A stretch of 64,000 bases of DNA from an uncultured virus (IMG/VR IMGVR_UViG_2706794926_000001). Its lineage: Duplodnaviria > Heunggongvirae > Uroviricota > Caudoviricetes. The stretch lies in IMG/VR virus record IMGVR_UViG_2706794926_000001; one strand, given 5' to 3'. The notes under the pieces are model-generated. The model saw only the letters and a list, made by a program, of their open reading frames with translations. It had not been told where the DNA came from and ran no database searches. Of this stretch, positions 60,051 to 64,000 are shown piece by piece. How positions within the stretch are numbered: position 1 is the first letter of the stretch; each line of letters begins with the position of its first letter. The position numbers were made by a program, and so were the translations under genes.

Positions 60051-61667
60051 TTAAAATTCTTCTAAAGTCTCTATTTCTCTACAGATTATATCTTTTGAGA
60101 ATTTATTTATAATAAGTTCAGAATGAGGAGCTTTTAATTTTATATATATTTTATCTTTATTGCTATATATATCTGCATCTTCTTTCCATAACTTTCTATA
60201 ACTATTGCTGGTTTTTGCAATAAGTTTTATTTGCTTAAGTTTATCATTAGAATTATAAACATTATCAATAAAACCTATTGATAAATTAATTATATTGGAT
60301 TTTATAAAATACGATGACAAATCACCAGCCTTTATTCCAGCTTTGAATATATTATAAATAGAGTCCTTTTGCTGCTCATTATTATAATAATCCTCATATT
60401 CTTTAATCATTACCTTCATATTTTTAGTAGTATTTATTGTAAAATATATATCAGAAAGTTCATCATATATAATTGCATCATCTTTTAATTTTATTTGAGA
60501 TTTCAATCTGACTTCTTCATTTATTTTGTAAACAAGTTTTAGTTGATTATAATCTTCAAAATTAGAATAATCACTACTGCACACTTTGATTATTTTGTCT
60601 TTTTCTAAGTCAAAATAATGTAATGGGTTTATTGTTTTTACATCAGTCCCATTAGCTACAGTAAATGGATTAAATAATTCTATAGCATTATAAATACATT
60701 GATCAAACACAATAATTGAATTATCAGAATATATCATATCATTATATACTTTAGATGCATCTTCTTCAGTTAACGGAATAAATTTACCATAGTATTCTGA
60801 AAAAAAGTACTTATTGGGAATATATAATTTTTCATCATGCTTAATAAAATATAATGCCTGAGGGATATATGATATTTTCACCTTGCCAATTCCAGGATTA
60901 CCAACTACTGTTTCCGCTTGTATTGCATTACTTTGAGAATCATAATTTGGATTTGGCATTGTTAAATTTCCAGCTATTAGCATTGGTGTGTCTATACAAT
61001 AATAATAGCTATCATCTATATATCCACTTGGTTTATATGAAGTTCCAGATAATACATATCCAGCACCTCCTCCACCTCCAGAATCATCATCTGCACTACT
61101 ATCTACAGATCCACCGCCACCACCATACCAGCCGCCACCGCCGCCGCCACTATAACCTCCCCATGCAGCCATTCCGTATCCGCCATATCCAAATCCTCCT
61201 GGTACTCCACCTCCAGAACCGCTTTGTGTACCACCTAGTCCTGGGCTACCACATCTAGAAATTCCATTTCCTCCAGATAGCCCTCCTCCATATCCGTAAT
61301 AGTCCACAGAAGTATTATATCCACAAGTACCACCGCCACCAGCTACAATGATTCTATTATTTAAGGTATCTGCTCCAACTCTTACATCAGAAGCTCCTCC
61401 ACCATAACCTCCCCATCCGGCTCTACCGCCACCATTAACTCCATTATTATCTCCAACTTTAACAAATATTTTATCTCCAATTTTAAATCTAAAAACAGCA
61501 CATGCATATCCACCTCGACCACCCAATCCAGTTGAACTTCTTGCTGCAGCAGCAGACCCCCAGCATTCAATTTTATATATTCCAGGTCTTGCTTGAAATG
61601 AATATGCTCCAGATGTATTATATTCTGCTAAAACTCTAAACAAATTATAATTAATAGTGACAGCCAT
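60051..61667 (-). CDS. Glycine-rich cassette protein G1 (intact, most divergent)
   Basis: YKIECWG, GGGASDVR...RIIVAGGGG, GGGWYGGG; ends ETLEEF; ATG at 61667. Confidence 0.8.
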   Translation of the reverse strand: MAVTINYNLFRVLAEYNTSGAYSFQARPGIYKIECWGSAAAARSSTGLGGRGGYACAVFRFKIGDKIFVKVGDNNGVNGGGRAGWGGYGGGASDVRVGADTLNNRIIVAGGGGTCGYNTSVDYYGYGGGLSGGNGISRCGSPGLGGTQSGSGGGVPGGFGYGGYGMAAWGGYSGGGGGGWYGGGGGSVDSSADDDSGGGGGAGYVLSGTSYKPSGYIDDSYYYCIDTPMLIAGNLTMPNPNYDSQSNAIQAETVVGNPGIGKVKISYIPQALYFIKHDEKLYIPNKYFFSEYYGKFIPLTEEDASKVYNDMIYSDNSIIVFDQCIYNAIELFNPFTVANGTDVKTINPLHYFDLEKDKIIKVCSSDYSNFEDYNQLKLVYKINEEVRLKSQIKLKDDAIIYDELSDIYFTINTTKNMKVMIKEYEDYYNNEQQKDSIYNIFKAGIKAGDLSSYFIKSNIINLSIGFIDNVYNSNDKLKQIKLIAKTSNSYRKLWKEDADIYSNKDKIYIKLKAPHSELIINKFSKDIICREIETLEEF

Positions 61668-61668
61668 A

Positions 61669-62340
61669 TTAAAATTCCTCCAATGAATCCTTTTTATACT
61701 CATTTACATTTGTTACATTAACACATAAGTTACTAAAGTCTGTTGATGTTAAATTTTTTATTTTTATGGAGTTCTTACTTATCTCTGTATACATATCTAT
61801 GTTTTTAACTGTTGTTTCATCCAAATAATTTCGATAATAAATTCTATCCAGCTTATTATTAAGTTTCATAAAAATATATTTTATTTTATTGTTATTTATA
61901 AAACTTATTTCCTTTGTATTATTATTAATATATTCCTTCATTTTCAACAATTCTGATTTTTGAAGATTTGTAATACTAGTGAAGGAATTTAAGGAAACAT
62001 TAAATTCGGTTACTATATAATTATCTTCATCAAGATAATTTAACCATATAACTCCATCTTCACTTACAAGTACATTTTGTTTAATCTCAAAACACACATT
62101 TGTAAATGGACTGTTTACTTTAATTAATAAAAAACCATAACTATTTTTTATATGAAATATACTTTGACTTACATTATTTATACTAACAAGTTTTTTATTT
62201 TTAATTAACTCTTTATCTGCCCTTAACAAATCTGATATTTCAAATCCATATTTACTTATATTCTTTAATGCATCTATCTCAAATACCTGACCAGATAAAT
62301 TATAATATAGTCCTTTAACATCTTTTAATAAGTAACTCAT
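61669..62340 (-). CDS. Module B protein 1
   Basis: Positional and weak sequence paralog of B2 and B3 (FLLI, LVS.D...W.NY.D); ends KDSLEEF. Confidence 0.68.
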   Translation of the reverse strand: MSYLLKDVKGLYYNLSGQVFEIDALKNISKYGFEISDLLRADKELIKNKKLVSINNVSQSIFHIKNSYGFLLIKVNSPFTNVCFEIKQNVLVSEDGVIWLNYLDEDNYIVTEFNVSLNSFTSITNLQKSELLKMKEYINNNTKEISFINNNKIKYIFMKLNNKLDRIYYRNYLDETTVKNIDMYTEISKNSIKIKNLTSTDFSNLCVNVTNVNEYKKDSLEEF

Positions 62341-62993
62341 AACACACCTATTTGTTCCTCTATTGATATGATACTTTCAAATCTTTCAACTATTTCACTT
62401 GGAATAACTTCTGACTCATACACATTAATTGTTTCATTATTATATTTAAATTGTTTTTTATTAAACTTCAATAATATAGTATCTTTTGGTTTTGCCCCAT
62501 CTAAATCTATATCTATATAATTTTCATCATAGACTAACTTATCTTTATTATTTTCATTTACATCTATTGAAACACATTCTACTTGAGTTCCTGCATCTAT
62601 TTCCGTATAACATTCAATTAAATAGTTAGTATCTCTACCATTATTAGGTATTTCAATCACATCATTTATTTTTACATTTTTATATACAAATTGCTCCACA
62701 TTATTTATATTTGTTATTGGATAAGTGGGTTTATCATCTACTTCTGTTTTTAGATTTTTTATCTTAACATCCAGCTCATTGATATCCGCATTTGTTTCTT
62801 GTATACTTTGAATACTCTGATTTATTATATTAGTATTATTACTTATCTTATATTCCAGTTCAGTTTTATCGTAATCGACTTTTGATTTTAAAGAATTTAT
62901 ATCATCTTGAACTTTAGAGACTTTACTCACTAAATAATCCTTTAACTTATTTGAATAATAAACCAAACCACCTTGATCTAAGTATTTTCTCAT
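62337..62993 (-). CDS. Module A protein 1
   Basis: MRKYLDQGGLVYYSNKL; INNVEQFVYK; YLIECY; GAKPKD. Confidence 0.75.
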   Translation of the reverse strand: MRKYLDQGGLVYYSNKLKDYLVSKVSKVQDDINSLKSKVDYDKTELEYKISNNTNIINQSIQSIQETNADINELDVKIKNLKTEVDDKPTYPITNINNVEQFVYKNVKINDVIEIPNNGRDTNYLIECYTEIDAGTQVECVSIDVNENNKDKLVYDENYIDIDLDGAKPKDTILLKFNKKQFKYNNETINVYESEVIPSEIVERFESIISIEEQIGVL

Positions 62994-63023
62994 TCAATCA
63001 ACTCCTTGCAGTTTGATTAAAAT

Positions 63024-63875
63024 TTAATATTTGTTAGTAATAATCTTAGTTAATACTTCCTCTGTTACACCAGAGCTATCTGTGTAATTTAAATATACCA
63101 TGTCACTTTCTTCTACTAATAAGGAAGTCTGCAACTCATAGGTTTCAACACTTGCTAATCTCTTATCCTTTTCATCATCATAGGTAAGTTCTATTTTTGT
63201 GTTATCCGTTAATACTCTAACTAACTTGTCTTCGTAATCTCTATCTCTAACAAGAGTTATAGTATCACTATTATCCTCATCCTTACTTAAATCTACATTT
63301 ATTAATCTGTATGCTTTTTGAACATAATCATCATAATATAGTACAGCAAAGCCATTAATTACTGGCGTGTTTATCTTATTGCTTAATAAATTTGCCTTAA
63401 GTCTAAAACTATAACATGGAATATTTAAAACTAACGGTACGGTATCATTTGCTTTAATTAAAAAATTTCTATTGTCATCTGTAATAATGTGATAAATAAT
63501 ATCACAACCTGTTGGTATTACTTCATCTACAACCAAGAAGAAATTATTTAACTGGGATTTATAGGTTTCATCAGTGCATTTTTCAGTTGAATAATACACA
63601 CCATTTTTAGTTAAATCCTTAACCTTAAGACTAGATTCTATTGAGTTATAAACCATATTATCTGATAAATAGAAATCAGAGTATTCTCTGTCCTTAACTT
63701 CATTTACGAACATGGAATTTACATATTTATTATTATCAAAAGATATCTTTACAGAATTTAAAAAAGTGTTGTCTCCAAATTCGGCAATATCATGTCTCGT
63801 TATATCATCAGCTATTTTTCTAGTACTTACATCCTGCTCTATATCTGCTTTTGTTATTTTCTTAAAGTCAGCCAT
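63024..63875 (-). CDS. Putative structural protein
   Basis: GVYYS, FRLKANL...TPVINGF resemble motifs in the 27-33 kb block; AGGAGGGG RBS. Confidence 0.55.
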   Translation of the reverse strand: MADFKKITKADIEQDVSTRKIADDITRHDIAEFGDNTFLNSVKISFDNNKYVNSMFVNEVKDREYSDFYLSDNMVYNSIESSLKVKDLTKNGVYYSTEKCTDETYKSQLNNFFLVVDEVIPTGCDIIYHIITDDNRNFLIKANDTVPLVLNIPCYSFRLKANLLSNKINTPVINGFAVLYYDDYVQKAYRLINVDLSKDEDNSDTITLVRDRDYEDKLVRVLTDNTKIELTYDDEKDKRLASVETYELQTSLLVEESDMVYLNYTDSSGVTEEVLTKIITNKY

Positions 63876-63889
63876 AATTATCCCCTCCT

Positions 63890-64000
63890 TTAAAGCTTAG
63901 TATGCTGTCCTATTTTATAATTATTTCTAAATATCGGGTATATATAATAGGTACAGGTTTTTTCGCTGCTATGAGTATATTGCATTTTATCTGTATCGAA
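63890..64000 (-). CDS. 3' end of a gene running off the window
   Basis: Open frame ...YYIYPIFRNNYKIGQHTKL* ending just before the RBS of the next gene. Confidence 0.5.
   Translation of the reverse strand, partial: FDTDKMQYTHSSEKTCTYYIYPIFRNNYKIGQHTKL

Noticed and set aside
43332..61570. Short His/Pro/Thr-rich ORFs overlapping the glycine-rich genes
   Set aside because: They are reverse-strand or alternate-frame readings of GGN codon runs
35780..62993. Diversity-generating retroelement acting on the fibre genes
   Set aside because: No reverse transcriptase in the window and duplicated segments do not show adenine-specific differences

Overview
Very AT-rich DNA with Clostridium sensu stricto-type features (choline-binding-type cell-wall repeats, sigma-A-like promoters). 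It reads as part of a large phage-plasmid, megaplasmid or prophage; no capsid, terminase, integrase or Rep gene is recognisable in the window. The left arm (1-22.6 kb, + strand) carries a MoxR/RavA AAA+ and VWA pair, a YyaC-like spore protease, cell-wall-binding and BspA-type LRR surface proteins, an IS1182 remnant, an orphan GroES, a C-terminally short DnaE, a 989-aa fibre-like protein, a PadR regulator and a YhcG nuclease. The right arm (22.8-64 kb, - strand) carries a sigma-like factor, five large putative structural genes, a holin and GH25 endolysin, and about 28 kb of paralogous fibre or receptor-binding genes. The most unusual items are: (1) a stockpile of glycine-rich cassettes with variable N-termini and a shared C-terminal domain ending in a TLDKF-like motif, arranged in repeated modules and eroded by deletions; (2) a chain of fibre genes whose N- and C-terminal motifs suggest head-to-tail docking; (3) a ~400-nt promoter- and terminator-bounded structured RNA candidate; (4) two arrays of GTWAC repeats phased every 12 bp, resembling a tubC-type centromere; (5) a dispersed GTCGAWWTCGAC palindrome. 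All family calls come from motif recognition by eye, not from database searches.
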